NCBI GenBank assembly: GCA_963169915.1
Contig: CAUJEM010000123.1
Span: 12,914 to 76,913, forward strand
Direction: 5' to 3'
DNA from: Myxococcota bacterium
Lineage (GTDB): Bacteria > Myxococcota_A > Polyangia > Polyangiales > Polyangiaceae
DNA length: 64,000 nt
Shown here: piece after piece, positions 1 to 9,900 of the stretch
Position numbering within the stretch: the first letter of the stretch is position 1
Layout: each line of letters starts with the position of its first letter
Position numbers and translations under genes: made by a program
The notes under the pieces: model-generated
The model's database searches: none
What the model was told of the DNA's origin: nothing
What the model saw: only the letters and a program-made list of their open reading frames with translations

Positions 1-170
1 GGGTCGTCCTCGTGAGCCGGCGCTCGCGTGAGGAGGTGGCCACCAGCTACGCGCAGTACGCGGCGGACCTCCCGTCGGCGCTCGCGGAGGCGACGCAGCG
101 CACGGGCGCGGGGGAGGCGCTGGTGCTCTGGCGGGCGGGCGAGTGCATCGCGGAGCCGGTCGAGGCTTGA
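1..170 (+). CDS. 3' end of an upstream CDS (partial, function unknown)
   Basis: Open frame runs off the 5' edge and ends at TGA 168-170 (...LVLWRAGECIAEPVEA*). G/C-rich third positions. Absent from the ORF track because it has no start in the window. Confidence 0.35.
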   Translation, partial: VVLVSRRSREEVATSYAQYAADLPSALAEATQRTGAGEALVLWRAGECIAEPVEA

Positions 171-267
171 CGCGCGGCGCCAGCGGCAGAGGCTTCCTGG
201 CCCCTGAAATGGTGCTAGGAACGCCCTGCCACCCGCGGTGGCCTCCGCCGGAGGAACCAGACGAGCG

Positions 268-2244
268 ATGAGTGACCGTAGCGTGCAGATCACCGGCAAG
301 ATCCTCTACCTGACGGAGGACCGAGCGCTGCTCGAGCGGCAGCTCCAAGGGCAGCGCATCACGCGCGAGGAGGCCGGCAAGCTCATCGACAACATCTCCA
401 CCGACGAGATCACCCCCGGCTGGGTCTGCTACTACTACGACGAGACCCTGGCGCGCTTCAGCCTCATCGGGCTGCGCGGCAACGTCATCAAGAAGGACGC
501 GCTGAAGAACGGAGGCTTCTCCGTCATCGTCAGCGGGCGCAGCAAGGGCTGCGGGTCCTCGCGAGAGACGGCGCCGTACTCGGAGCTGAAGGCCGGCGTG
601 CGCCTCGTCATCGCGGAGAGCATCGAGAAAATTTACGGCCAGAACGCGCAGAACATCGGGCTGCTCACCTCCACGGACTTCTCGCTCATCCCTCGGATCG
701 AGGCGGGCGAGGCCATCCCCATCGCGGAGTTTACCCGCGGGCTGGATCCCATCAGCCGGCAGATCGTCGAGCACGGCGGCCTGTTCGAGTACAACCGCCG
801 GCGGATGAGCGGGGACATCGAGCCGCCCGTCGTGGAGACGGCGGCGCGCCCCATGACGCTGTGTGAGAAGATCATCGCGCGGCACGCCATCCGTGACGCC
901 AAGACGGGCCGCTTGGGCGTCACGGCGGTCCAGCCGGGGGACGCGCTGTTCGTCCGGACGGACATCCGCTTCAGCCATGAGTACGTCACGCCCATGGCAG
1001 ACTCCCTCTTCCGCAGCGGCTTCGGGGAGGCAGCGAAGGTCGCGGAGCCGGAGAGCGTGTTCACGTTCCGAGACCACCTCACGTTCTTGGACCAGGTCAT
1101 GCCGGAGCAGCACCGTCAGATGGGGCTGCTCGAGCAGGCGGACTCCCTGAAGACCGTGCAGGAGGGCTTCAGCGGGCGCCAGGGGGTCAAGCTCTACGGC
1201 GAGGTGGCGCGTGGCGGCAAGACCGTGGGCAGCGAGGGCATCAGCCACAACAAGGTGCTGGAGGAGCTGGCCTTGCCGGGCTACCTCGTGGCCGGCACGG
1301 ACTCCCACACCTGCATGGCCGGCGCGCTCGGCTGCTTCGCGTTCGGCGTGGGCTCCACGGACATGGCCAACGCCTGGTACACCCGGGACGTCCGCGTCAA
1401 GGTGCCGGAGACGGTGCGCTTCGTGCTGCACGGGGCGCTGCGCCCCGGCGTCTGCGCCAAGGACGTCATGCTCCACATCTTGAGCTTGGAGCACTTCAAG
1501 ACGGGCCGCGGCATCGGGCAGGTGCTGGAGTTCACCGGGCCAGGGGTCAAGGCCCTGCCGCTCGACGAGCGCGCCACCCTCACCAACATGGCGGTCGAGG
1601 CCGGCAGCTTCACGGGGATCATCGAGGCGGACGACGTCGTGCTCGACTACTTGGTGGCGATGCGAGGGATCTCGCGGGAGCAGGCCGCGCAGGGCGTCCT
1701 GCGGGCAGATCCGGACGCCCAGTACGCCGACTCTTACGACATCGATCTGAGCGCCGTCCCCGTCATGGTGGCGACCCCGGGGGACCCGCGCAACGGTGTA
1801 CCGCTCGCCACCCTCGCAGAGCGCGTGAAGATCGACATCGCCTACGGCGGCTCGTGCACGGGCGGAAAGAAGGCGGACATGGACATGTACGCCTCCGTCC
1901 TGGCGGAGGCGCTGGCGGAGGGCCGAGGGGTCGCGGAGGGCGTCAAGCTCTTCATCCAGTTCGGGTCCCAGCACATCCGGGCCTATGCCGAGGAGCGAGG
2001 TTACGTGGATCTGTTCCACCGCGCTGGCGCGGAGGTGCTCGACCCAAGCTGTGGCGCTTGTATTCGCGCCGGCCCCGGGGTGTCCTCCTCACCCACGGAC
2101 GTCACGGTGAGCGCCATCAACCGCAACTTCCCAGGGAGGAGCGGCCCTGGGCAGGTGTACCTGGCCAGCCCCTTGGTCGTCGCGGCGAGCGCGGTCGCGG
2201 GCTACCTGGTGGCCCCGAAGGCGCCCTCGAAGGCCCACCCTTGA
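268..2244 (+). CDS. Aconitase-family hydratase with an N-terminal LeuD-like swivel domain fused to a LeuC/aconitase-like catalytic domain
   Basis: ORF 238..2244 with start moved to ATG 268 (MSDRSVQ). Small-subunit motif GCGSSRETAP comes first. The large-subunit part follows, with Fe-S ligand motifs GTDSHTCMAG, YGGSCTGGK and PSCGACI. Confidence 0.85.
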   Translation: MSDRSVQITGKILYLTEDRALLERQLQGQRITREEAGKLIDNISTDEITPGWVCYYYDETLARFSLIGLRGNVIKKDALKNGGFSVIVSGRSKGCGSSRETAPYSELKAGVRLVIAESIEKIYGQNAQNIGLLTSTDFSLIPRIEAGEAIPIAEFTRGLDPISRQIVEHGGLFEYNRRRMSGDIEPPVVETAARPMTLCEKIIARHAIRDAKTGRLGVTAVQPGDALFVRTDIRFSHEYVTPMADSLFRSGFGEAAKVAEPESVFTFRDHLTFLDQVMPEQHRQMGLLEQADSLKTVQEGFSGRQGVKLYGEVARGGKTVGSEGISHNKVLEELALPGYLVAGTDSHTCMAGALGCFAFGVGSTDMANAWYTRDVRVKVPETVRFVLHGALRPGVCAKDVMLHILSLEHFKTGRGIGQVLEFTGPGVKALPLDERATLTNMAVEAGSFTGIIEADDVVLDYLVAMRGISREQAAQGVLRADPDAQYADSYDIDLSAVPVMVATPGDPRNGVPLATLAERVKIDIAYGGSCTGGKKADMDMYASVLAEALAEGRGVAEGVKLFIQFGSQHIRAYAEERGYVDLFHRAGAEVLDPSCGACIRAGPGVSSSPTDVTVSAINRNFPGRSGPGQVYLASPLVVAASAVAGYLVAPKAPSKAHP

Positions 2245-2428
2245 GCAAGGGTATCGCCGGTCTTGGCCCAGCGTGGGTCAAGGCCGGCGGCGCTACGTCC
2301 GGTCCCCGAGGCTCGAGGCCGAGACACGGGGGTGCTTGCTCCACGGGGGAAAGCGGGGCTAAGGCTAGCGCGGATTTTCATTCGGAAGCCTGCGCCGCGT
2401 CGAGCGGTGAGCTACATGGAGAGACACG

Positions 2429-2620
2429 ATGAACGACAGCTTCAAGTACGACGTGCGAGTGCGGCAGCGAATGCTCGACAAGGGCCAGCTGACGGAGGCT
2501 GAGGTGCAGAAGCACCTGGCCGGATTGGCGGACAGCGCGGCGCAGGCGGAGGTGCTGACGGTGACGCAGCCCTCAGCGGGAGACCAAGCGGCAGACGGCT
2601 CTGGTCAGGAGTCGGCGTGA
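2429..2620 (+). CDS. Small hypothetical protein (63 aa)
   Basis: ATG-initiated ORF with sensible composition (MNDSFKYDVRVRQRMLDKGQLTEAEVQKHL). GTGA overlap with the next gene suggests translational coupling. Confidence 0.5.
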   Translation: MNDSFKYDVRVRQRMLDKGQLTEAEVQKHLAGLADSAAQAEVLTVTQPSAGDQAADGSGQESA

Positions 2621-2958
2621 GCCAGTCCGAGCGCCCTACGCCCTCTCAGCTCCAGGCTAGCCAGGCGGCGTTCCAGGAAGCTGCGAGCGGCCTCGAGGCC
2701 TCGGACTTCCCGGACACCACCTTCACGCATTTGGTCTTGTCGCTCCAGCACGCGGCGCTCGTGCACCTCGGGGACGCACCCGCGCCCGGCACGGACGAGC
2801 GGGAGCGTGACCTGGCGCTCGCGCGCCAAGACATCGATCTCTTGGCGCTCTTGAACGAGAAGACCTACGGCAACCTCACGGGTGAGGAAGAGCACCTGCT
2901 GCATCAGGCGCTGTTCGACTTGCGGGTGCGCTTCGTCGAGGTCGTCAAGCGAGGTTGA
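2617..2958 (+). CDS. DUF1844-like protein
   Basis: 113 aa. Pattern FTHLVLSLQHAALVHLG ... DIDLLALLNEKTYGNLTGEEEHLL ... LFDLRVRF resembles the DUF1844 family as I remember it. Confidence 0.65.
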   Translation: MSQSERPTPSQLQASQAAFQEAASGLEASDFPDTTFTHLVLSLQHAALVHLGDAPAPGTDERERDLALARQDIDLLALLNEKTYGNLTGEEEHLLHQALFDLRVRFVEVVKRG

Positions 2959-2960
2959 GC

Positions 2961-4127
2961 ATGGGTCGACGTCCACTTCGCTGGGGAGGGCTCGTGCTGG
3001 TGGTTGCTGCTGGCTGCAGCGCCCGGCGCGCCCACACCTCACCCACGCCCTCCTCGGAGCCCGTCGCCGTCGGCGCCGCGCCGGTGGTGCCCGTGGCGCC
3101 CGTGGCGCCCGCGGCGCCCGCGGCGCCCGTGGTCCCACTGGCGGGCGCACCACAGACCTTCGCGGGGCTGGTCAAGCAGGCGGACGGCGCCGTGGTGTTC
3201 GTGAAGACGCTGCAGGAGCAGCGGGGCTTCACCGGCCGGCGGCGTGTCGTCGGGCAGGGGGTGGGCAGCGGCTTCGTGTACGACCCCTCCGGGCTCATCC
3301 TCACCAACAACCACGTGGTCGAGGACGCCACCGAGATCAGGGTGGTGTTCGCCTCCAAGCAGGAGCTGCCCGCCACCATCGTGGGGCGAGATCCCGCCAC
3401 CGACGTCGCCGTCTTGAAGGTCGCGGAGCGGGGCTTGCCGGCGCTGGCGTTGGCGGACTCGGACGCTACGCGCGTGGGAGACTGGGTCGTCGCCATCGGC
3501 AACCCCTTCGGGCTCTCCCACACGGTGAGCGCCGGCATCATCAGCGCCAAGGGCCGCACCAACAGCGACGTTCAGGGGCTCGGGGATCCGAGCGGCTACT
3601 ACAACTTCTTGCAGACCGACGCGCTCATCAACCCAGGCAATTCCGGCGGCCCGCTCATCGACATGAACGGGCAGGTCGTGGGGATCAACACGGCCATCCG
3701 GCAAGGCAGCGGTATCGGGTTCGCCATCCCCATCAACATGGTCAAAGAGCTGCTCCCCATGCTCGTGAAGGAGGGGAGGATCCGCCGCAGCGCCATCGGC
3801 GTGGCGGTGTCGTCCGTCCTCGAGGAGGACAGCGAGCGGCTGCGGCTCGACGGCACCCAGGGCGCCCTCGTCCGTCAAGTCATGGCGGGTGGGCCGGGTG
3901 AGCGCGCGGGGCTCCAACCCGATGACGTCATCCTGGCCTTCGAGGGTCAGGAGATCTCCGGACCGGAGCGGCTCCGGTGGCTCGCCAGCTTGGCAGGGCC
4001 CGGCAAGGAGGTCACGCTGCGGGTGCGGCGGGGGAGCCGGAGCTTCGACTTGAAGACGATCCTCGGGGAGCTGCCAGGTCAAGAGCGGGCGCCAGCGCCG
4101 TTTCAGGAGACCCCTGGCTTCCCATGA
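2961..4127 (+). CDS. HtrA/DegP-family periplasmic serine protease with PDZ domain (lipoprotein-type signal)
   Basis: ATG 2961 lies inside the TTG-initiated ORF 2955..4127. Signal VLVVAAGCS. Trypsin-like motifs TNNHVV and GNSGGPL. C-terminal PDZ-like segment (GLQPDDVILAFEGQEI). Confidence 0.9.
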   Translation: MGRRPLRWGGLVLVVAAGCSARRAHTSPTPSSEPVAVGAAPVVPVAPVAPAAPAAPVVPLAGAPQTFAGLVKQADGAVVFVKTLQEQRGFTGRRRVVGQGVGSGFVYDPSGLILTNNHVVEDATEIRVVFASKQELPATIVGRDPATDVAVLKVAERGLPALALADSDATRVGDWVVAIGNPFGLSHTVSAGIISAKGRTNSDVQGLGDPSGYYNFLQTDALINPGNSGGPLIDMNGQVVGINTAIRQGSGIGFAIPINMVKELLPMLVKEGRIRRSAIGVAVSSVLEEDSERLRLDGTQGALVRQVMAGGPGERAGLQPDDVILAFEGQEISGPERLRWLASLAGPGKEVTLRVRRGSRSFDLKTILGELPGQERAPAPFQETPGFP

Positions 4128-4154
4128 GGGGCCCTGATCAGCCTGAGTGCGGTC

Positions 4155-4903
<749 letters not shown>

Positions 4904-4907
<4 letters not shown>

Positions 4908-5479
4908 TGCAGGCGGAGCTGGAGCTCATGGCGTACCTCGACGGAGAGCTCGAGGGTGAGGCGCTGGAGTCGCTGGAGGCGCGGCTGCGCGAGGAGCCTG
5001 AGCTCCGCGCTCGGCTCGACGCGCTCCTGCAGGTCGTCGAGCTCTCCTCGGAGCTGGCGGCGGAGCGGGTCGCGGCCGCGCCAGAGCTCCCGGCGAGCTT
5101 CTGGGAGCGGCTCGAAGCCGTGGACGCCGAGCGCCGCGGCGGCCTCGCGCCGGTGGTCCCCCTGGCCTCCCGGGCCGGCTGGTGGAAGGCGGGCACTGCT
5201 CTGGCGGCCGCCGCGGCCGCGCTGCTAGCGGTCTGGGGGGTCGCGCGGAGCCCCGGCCCGGTGGAGAGCGCCAGCGGCACGGGGCAGGCGCCGAGCGCGC
5301 CGCTCCACAGCGTGCCCACGCGCGGCCCCGTGCCCGAAGAGGAGGCCGGCGCGGGCGTCGCCATCGAGTCGGTGGACTTCGGGAGTCACGCAGGCACCAT
5401 CTTCGTGGTATCGGAGGACGCCGAGGAGCCAACGCTCGTGGTCTGGCTCGACGAGGACTCCCCAAGGACTTCGCTCTGA
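4904..5479 (+). CDS. Anti-sigma factor (single-pass membrane protein)
   Basis: Start overlaps the sigma stop (GTG 4904 / ATG 4907). N-terminal anti-sigma-like helix ELMAYLDGELEGEALESLEARL. Central TM segment WWKAGTALAAAAAALLAVWGV. Confidence 0.7.
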
Positions 5480-6006
5480 TGTCAAAGAAAGCCCCGCTCT
5501 TCGCCCTCGTTCCCTTGGTGGTGGCGGTCGCGCTCCCGGGGCTGACCGCCCTCCCGCAGGCGGGGGTGGCCTTGGCGGCGAGCGCGTCGGCCAGCGCCAA
5601 GGGTAAGGAGCAGCCACCCGAGGCCAGCCTGTTCGCCGAGGTCATGGTGCTGCACGCCACGAATGCCGGCAAGGGCATCGATGAGCGGATCGGCAAGATG
5701 CCGGAGCTCTCGAAGCCTCCGTTCTCGTCGTACGACAGCTACGAGCTGCTGTCGAAGACGCGGCTCCCGCTCATCAAGGACGACCCGCGCACCATGGAGC
5801 TCCCCAACGGCCGGGTGCTGCGCACGAAGCTGCTCGAGCTGCTCCCGAAGGGCATGTTGCGCCTCCAGGCCAGCATCAATCAGCCCAAGGGCAAGGATTT
5901 CCTGCCGCTGCTGGAGGTCAAGGCCAAGCTGGGCCAGTCGTTCATCGTCGCGGGACAGAGCTACAAGGGCGGCATGCTCGTGCTCGTCATCCGCGCGGTG
6001 AAGTAG
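5479..6006 (+). CDS. Secreted protein of unknown function, third gene of the ECF module
   Basis: ATG 5479 overlaps the stop of the anti-sigma gene (TGATG). Signal peptide MSKKAPLFALVPLVVAVALPGLTALPQAGVALA. The rest of track ORF 5182..6006 upstream of this ATG is a shadow. Confidence 0.7.
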   Translation: MSKKAPLFALVPLVVAVALPGLTALPQAGVALAASASASAKGKEQPPEASLFAEVMVLHATNAGKGIDERIGKMPELSKPPFSSYDSYELLSKTRLPLIKDDPRTMELPNGRVLRTKLLELLPKGMLRLQASINQPKGKDFLPLLEVKAKLGQSFIVAGQSYKGGMLVLVIRAVK

Positions 6007-6057
6007 CCCACACGGGGCGCCGCGCCGAGCCAGCGGCCGCTGTGTGGCGCTGGGCGT

Positions 6058-8718
6058 CTAGCCACAGCGGCCATCGCTGAGGCAGCGCTGGCCAACGGCG
6101 CACGCCACGCCGCCGCAGACGCAGTTGCCCGTGCTGCTGCACGTCCCCGCGGAGCCGGCGTTGCAGTCGGCCGCCGCGTCGCAGCGGCACACGGCCGCCT
6201 GGCACACGAAGCCGGGCGCACAGGCGCGGCCGCAGGCACCGCAGCTGTCGCGATCCGTCGCGAGATCCTTGCAGCCCGCCGGCTCCTCGCAGCACACGAC
6301 GCTCGCCGCACCACCGCAGGCAGCGCCGCCGTTGCAGCGGCACTCGTGCGCCACGATGCCGATCTTGAAGCACTCCTCCCCGTAGTGGCAGGCCTTGAAG
6401 TTGCCCCAGCCGTCGTTGCACTCGCACCGGCCGGCGTTCCCACCGCTGCCGCAGCGGCCGGTGTTGTTGCTCTGCCCGCCACTCCGGCACTGGTCGTTCG
6501 CGGTGCAGACGCAGAGATCATTGGCGCAGGCCTTACCACCCTGCGCGCTGCAGCTGTTGCCGCAGCCGCCGCAGTTGGTGGCGGAGGCGGTGCCCTCACA
6601 GCCGTTGTCCGCGCTGGGGGCCGCGGGGTTCGAGCAGCTCACGCGCCCCGCGGCGCAGCTCGGCGTACACGCCGAGCTGCGGCACTCCAGTGACTGCGCG
6701 CCCGTCGTGGAGCACGCTCGCCCGCACGCCCCGCAGTCCAGCGCGTCCGAGGTGATGTTCGTCTCGCAGCCGTCGTCCGCCGCGGGTGCGGTGGGCTCCG
6801 AGCAATTGCCCAGCCCCGACTGACAGCTCGAGCTGCACGTGCCCCCGGTGCAGGCGCGGGTGGCGACCCCAGTGGTGGAGCAAGCGCGGCCGCAGGCGCC
6901 GCAGTGGTCGGCGGAGGTGCCGAGGTTCGTCTCGCAGCCGTCGTCCGCGTCAGGGGCGGCAGGCGTCGAGCAGTTGCCGCGCAGGGAGCTGCAGCTCGAG
7001 GTGCAGACGCCGCCCGCGCAGCGACGCTCCGCCACCCCGTCGGAGGAGCAGGCGCGACCGCAGCTGCCACAGTGGTCGGTGCTCGTCGCGAGGCTGGCCT
7101 CGCAGCCGTCGTCTGCGGCGGGGGCGAGCGGCTGGCCGCAGTTGCCGAAGCCCGACGCGCAGAGGGAGTCACAGCGGCCGTTGCTGCAGCTGATGGAGGT
7201 CGTGTTGGCTGCGCTGCAGGCTCGGCCGCAAGCGCCGCAGTTGGCGACGTCGAAGCGGACGTCTTGTTCGCAGCCGTCGTCCGCGGCCGGAGCGGCGGGC
7301 TGGTTGCAGCTGGCGTAGCCGCTGAGGCAGGTGGGCGCGCAGAGCCCAGCGACACAGCTGAGGCTGCCGGCGCGGAAGCTCGAGCAGCCGCGGTGACAGG
7401 CGCCGCAGTGGCTAGGGTCCGCGGTGAGGTCCTGTTCGCAGCCATCGTCCGCGGTGGGGGCGGCTGGCTGGCTGCAGTTGCCGCGCCCTGTGGCGCAGGT
7501 GGAGGTGCAGCGACCTCCGGCGCAGGCCAGGCTGGCGACGCCCTCGGCCGAGCAAGCGCGCCCGCAGGCACCGCAGCTACCGGCGGAGGTGAGGAGGTTG
7601 GTCTCGCAGCCGTCGTCCGTCGCGGGGGCCGCGGGTTGGCTACAGTTGCCGCGGCCACTCTGGCACGTGCTGGCGCACACCCCGCCGGCGCACACGCGGC
7701 TGACCGTGCCCGCGCTGGCGCAGCTCCTGCCGCAGGCGCCACAGTGATCGGCGGTCGTGGCGAGCTCGACCTCGCAGCCGTTGCTCGCGACTCCATCGCA
7801 GTCCGCCCACCCGCTGTCACAGGTGTCGATGGCGCAGCGCCCGGCCTCGCAGCGCGCGCTGGCGTGCGGGAGCTGGCAGCGGTTGTTGCAGAAGCCGCAG
7901 TGCTGCGCGTCTTGCAAGACGTCCGTCTCGCAGCTCGTGCTGGCGTCGCCGTCACACTCGGCGGTCCCCGCCGGGCACCCGGTGGGCTGACACTGGCCGT
8001 CTTGACAGACGTGGCCGGCGCTGAGGGCCGTGCAGTCCCGCCCGCAGGCGCCACAGGAGGTGGGGCTTCGGAGGTTGGCCTCACAGCCGGTGGAGGGGTC
8101 GCCGTCACAGTCCGCGAAGCCCGCGCTGCACTGGCCCACCTCGCAGCGCCCGGCGCTGCAGCGGGGCGTGGCGTTCGGGAGCGTGCAGGTGTGCCCGCAG
8201 CTCCCGCAGGACGTGAGCGAGCTGCGGGTGTCGACCTCACAGCCGTTGCTGGGGGCACCATCGCAGTCGGCGTAGCCGGAGTCACAGCCGCCGAGCCCGC
8301 ACTGCCCGTCTCCGGCGCAGGCCAGGGCGGCGTGCGGGCGCGGAGCGCAAGGGGTGCAGCTGGCGCCGCCGCAGCCGTAGGCGGTCAGATCCAGCCCAAC
8401 GCACAGATCTCCGCAGCGCTTCAGCCCCTCACCGCAGGCGTCGGCGTCCCCGGAGTCGGGGGCTGGGGCGTCGAACGGCGCGTCGGATGGCGCGTCGGGG
8501 GGGGCATCCGGTGGTGCGTCTCGCCCGGCGTCCGTGGGGCTCGCCCCGGCGGTGCCCCCGCCGCCGTCGGTGCTCGTGGCCCCAGCGCTGCCCCCAGCGC
8601 CAGCGGCGTCGGTCTGGGAGTCGAACTCGAAGGCGTCGAAGTCTTGGGTGCAGCCGCCCGCGAGCGCTACCACGGCGGCGCCGAGCGAGAGCGCGAGGGC
8701 AAACCGACGGGGCCGCAT
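6058..8718 (-). CDS. Cysteine-rich repeat lipoprotein (CGxCG modules), unknown function
   Basis: Lipobox MRPRRFALALSLGAAVVALAGGC. About 12 tandem 47-56 aa modules (CGACGRACS...C..G.C...C..G.GNCS.PAAP..DDGCE). This is the only frame with a signal peptide and periodic Cys. ATGA overlap with the upstream gene at 8718. Confidence 0.85.
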   Translation of the reverse strand: MRPRRFALALSLGAAVVALAGGCTQDFDAFEFDSQTDAAGAGGSAGATSTDGGGGTAGASPTDAGRDAPPDAPPDAPSDAPFDAPAPDSGDADACGEGLKRCGDLCVGLDLTAYGCGGASCTPCAPRPHAALACAGDGQCGLGGCDSGYADCDGAPSNGCEVDTRSSLTSCGSCGHTCTLPNATPRCSAGRCEVGQCSAGFADCDGDPSTGCEANLRSPTSCGACGRDCTALSAGHVCQDGQCQPTGCPAGTAECDGDASTSCETDVLQDAQHCGFCNNRCQLPHASARCEAGRCAIDTCDSGWADCDGVASNGCEVELATTADHCGACGRSCASAGTVSRVCAGGVCASTCQSGRGNCSQPAAPATDDGCETNLLTSAGSCGACGRACSAEGVASLACAGGRCTSTCATGRGNCSQPAAPTADDGCEQDLTADPSHCGACHRGCSSFRAGSLSCVAGLCAPTCLSGYASCNQPAAPAADDGCEQDVRFDVANCGACGRACSAANTTSISCSNGRCDSLCASGFGNCGQPLAPAADDGCEASLATSTDHCGSCGRACSSDGVAERRCAGGVCTSSCSSLRGNCSTPAAPDADDGCETNLGTSADHCGACGRACSTTGVATRACTGGTCSSSCQSGLGNCSEPTAPAADDGCETNITSDALDCGACGRACSTTGAQSLECRSSACTPSCAAGRVSCSNPAAPSADNGCEGTASATNCGGCGNSCSAQGGKACANDLCVCTANDQCRSGGQSNNTGRCGSGGNAGRCECNDGWGNFKACHYGEECFKIGIVAHECRCNGGAACGGAASVVCCEEPAGCKDLATDRDSCGACGRACAPGFVCQAAVCRCDAAADCNAGSAGTCSSTGNCVCGGVACAVGQRCLSDGRCG
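6574..8373 (-). repeat. Coding tandem repeats (about 141-168 bp units) inside the Cys-rich lipoprotein gene
   Basis: Protein residues about 116-715 form consecutive CGxCG...GCE modules. Seven of them (residues about 326-715) are 55-56 aa units with near-identical Cys spacing. Confidence 0.8.
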
Positions 8719-9818
8719 CAGAACGCCCCCTCGACGTCGAGCGCGGCGCCGGTCGCTCGGACCCTCCAGCGTGAGCTCGCGGTAGCCGCGTGTTCACCGG
8801 GCTCTTGGCTGTCCCAGAGCCAGAGGGTCACGCCCGCCGCTGCCCCGAGTAGTCCAAGGGTGAGCCCCACGTTGGCGATGAGCTGCTGAGAGCGGCCGGC
8901 GTCGACGTCCGCGCGGCGCTCTGGCGGGCACTGGTGAGCCGGGCAGGCCGCCTCGAGGTCGGAGTAGGTGGAGCTCGCGAGGCTCCCGGCGATGGCGAAG
9001 GTGAGCAGCCCTGCGGCGCCGAGGCCCCCCGCCGCGTAGGCGTAGGGGAGCAGGCTGGGGCGGGAGGCCTTGGGTGGTGCACCAGCGTCCGCCGCGCCGC
9101 CGGTGGGCAGCTCCGCTGACGCGCCGCTCACGGCCACGCCCGTGGGGCGGCGCTGGGGTGGGAAGGAAGTGACGGCGGTCCCGGTGTGGACCTCGACCTT
9201 GATCCGGACGCGCTGCCCGAGCGCCACGTCCACGGTCTTGAGGACGCGCCGCCCGTCCGGCAGGCGCACCAGGACGTCGACCGTGCCGACCTTGACGACC
9301 ACGCCCGACCAGAACTCCTGAGGCACGGGGCGCGCGCCGACGGTCACGCTCAAGCCCTGCGTGGCGCCGTCGACATCGATGGCGACGGCGGCGACCTGGG
9401 GCTGGAGCGCCGCCGCTTCACGCTCCGCGGCCTCGCTGGCCGCCGCGTACCTCGGGCTGTCCACGGCGAGCACGGCGGCCTCCTGCTGGGTGCGGAGGAA
9501 CTCCTCGAAGGCGCGAGGGGTGTCCCCGGAGTCTCGCAGCGCCCGCGCGTACATCATGCGCGCGTTGGGGCTGGCGACGACCTCATAGGCGGCGGCGAAG
9601 GCCTTGGCGGCGGCCGAATAGTCGCGCGCCTTGTAGGCCTGGACGCCTTGCTCATAGAGGGCTTGAGCCTCCGCGGCTTGCTCTGGGGTGGCGCTGAGCG
9701 GGGAGAGCCCTCGCGCGTGGGTGGGAGCCGTGAGGAGCGACAGCGTGAGGGCGCCGACGCTCCCGAGGTGCCTCCAGGACTGGACGAGCGGGAGACGCCT
9801 CCGGTGACGAGCCAACAT
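8718..9818 (-). CDS. Secreted/membrane-anchored protein with a TPR-like N-terminal region, unknown function
   Basis: Start moved to ATG 9818 (MLARHRRRLPLV...). Signal-like segment ALTLSLLTAPTHA. TPR-like QALYEQGVQAYKARDYSAAAKAFAAAYE. Two C-terminal hydrophobic segments flank CPAHQCP. Confidence 0.7.
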   Translation of the reverse strand: MLARHRRRLPLVQSWRHLGSVGALTLSLLTAPTHARGLSPLSATPEQAAEAQALYEQGVQAYKARDYSAAAKAFAAAYEVVASPNARMMYARALRDSGDTPRAFEEFLRTQQEAAVLAVDSPRYAAASEAAEREAAALQPQVAAVAIDVDGATQGLSVTVGARPVPQEFWSGVVVKVGTVDVLVRLPDGRRVLKTVDVALGQRVRIKVEVHTGTAVTSFPPQRRPTGVAVSGASAELPTGGAADAGAPPKASRPSLLPYAYAAGGLGAAGLLTFAIAGSLASSTYSDLEAACPAHQCPPERRADVDAGRSQQLIANVGLTLGLLGAAAGVTLWLWDSQEPGEHAATASSRWRVRATGAALDVEGAF

Positions 9819-9900
9819 CCGCGGAAAAATAGCACGGACCCGGCGAGAACCCCAAGGCTCGGCGCCGGGGCGCGGAGCATTTGGCGGGCCTTGTGGTACA

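Noticed and set aside
6639-8889. Very long ORFs overlapping the Cys-rich lipoprotein gene (6639..8285 minus, 548 aa; 6904..8889 plus, 661 aa, and smaller ones).
   Set aside because: Their translations are monotonous Ala/Arg/Pro/Gly strings without a signal peptide, motifs or periodicity. The 6058..8718 frame has a lipobox and strictly periodic Cys modules. These are typical high-GC shadow frames.
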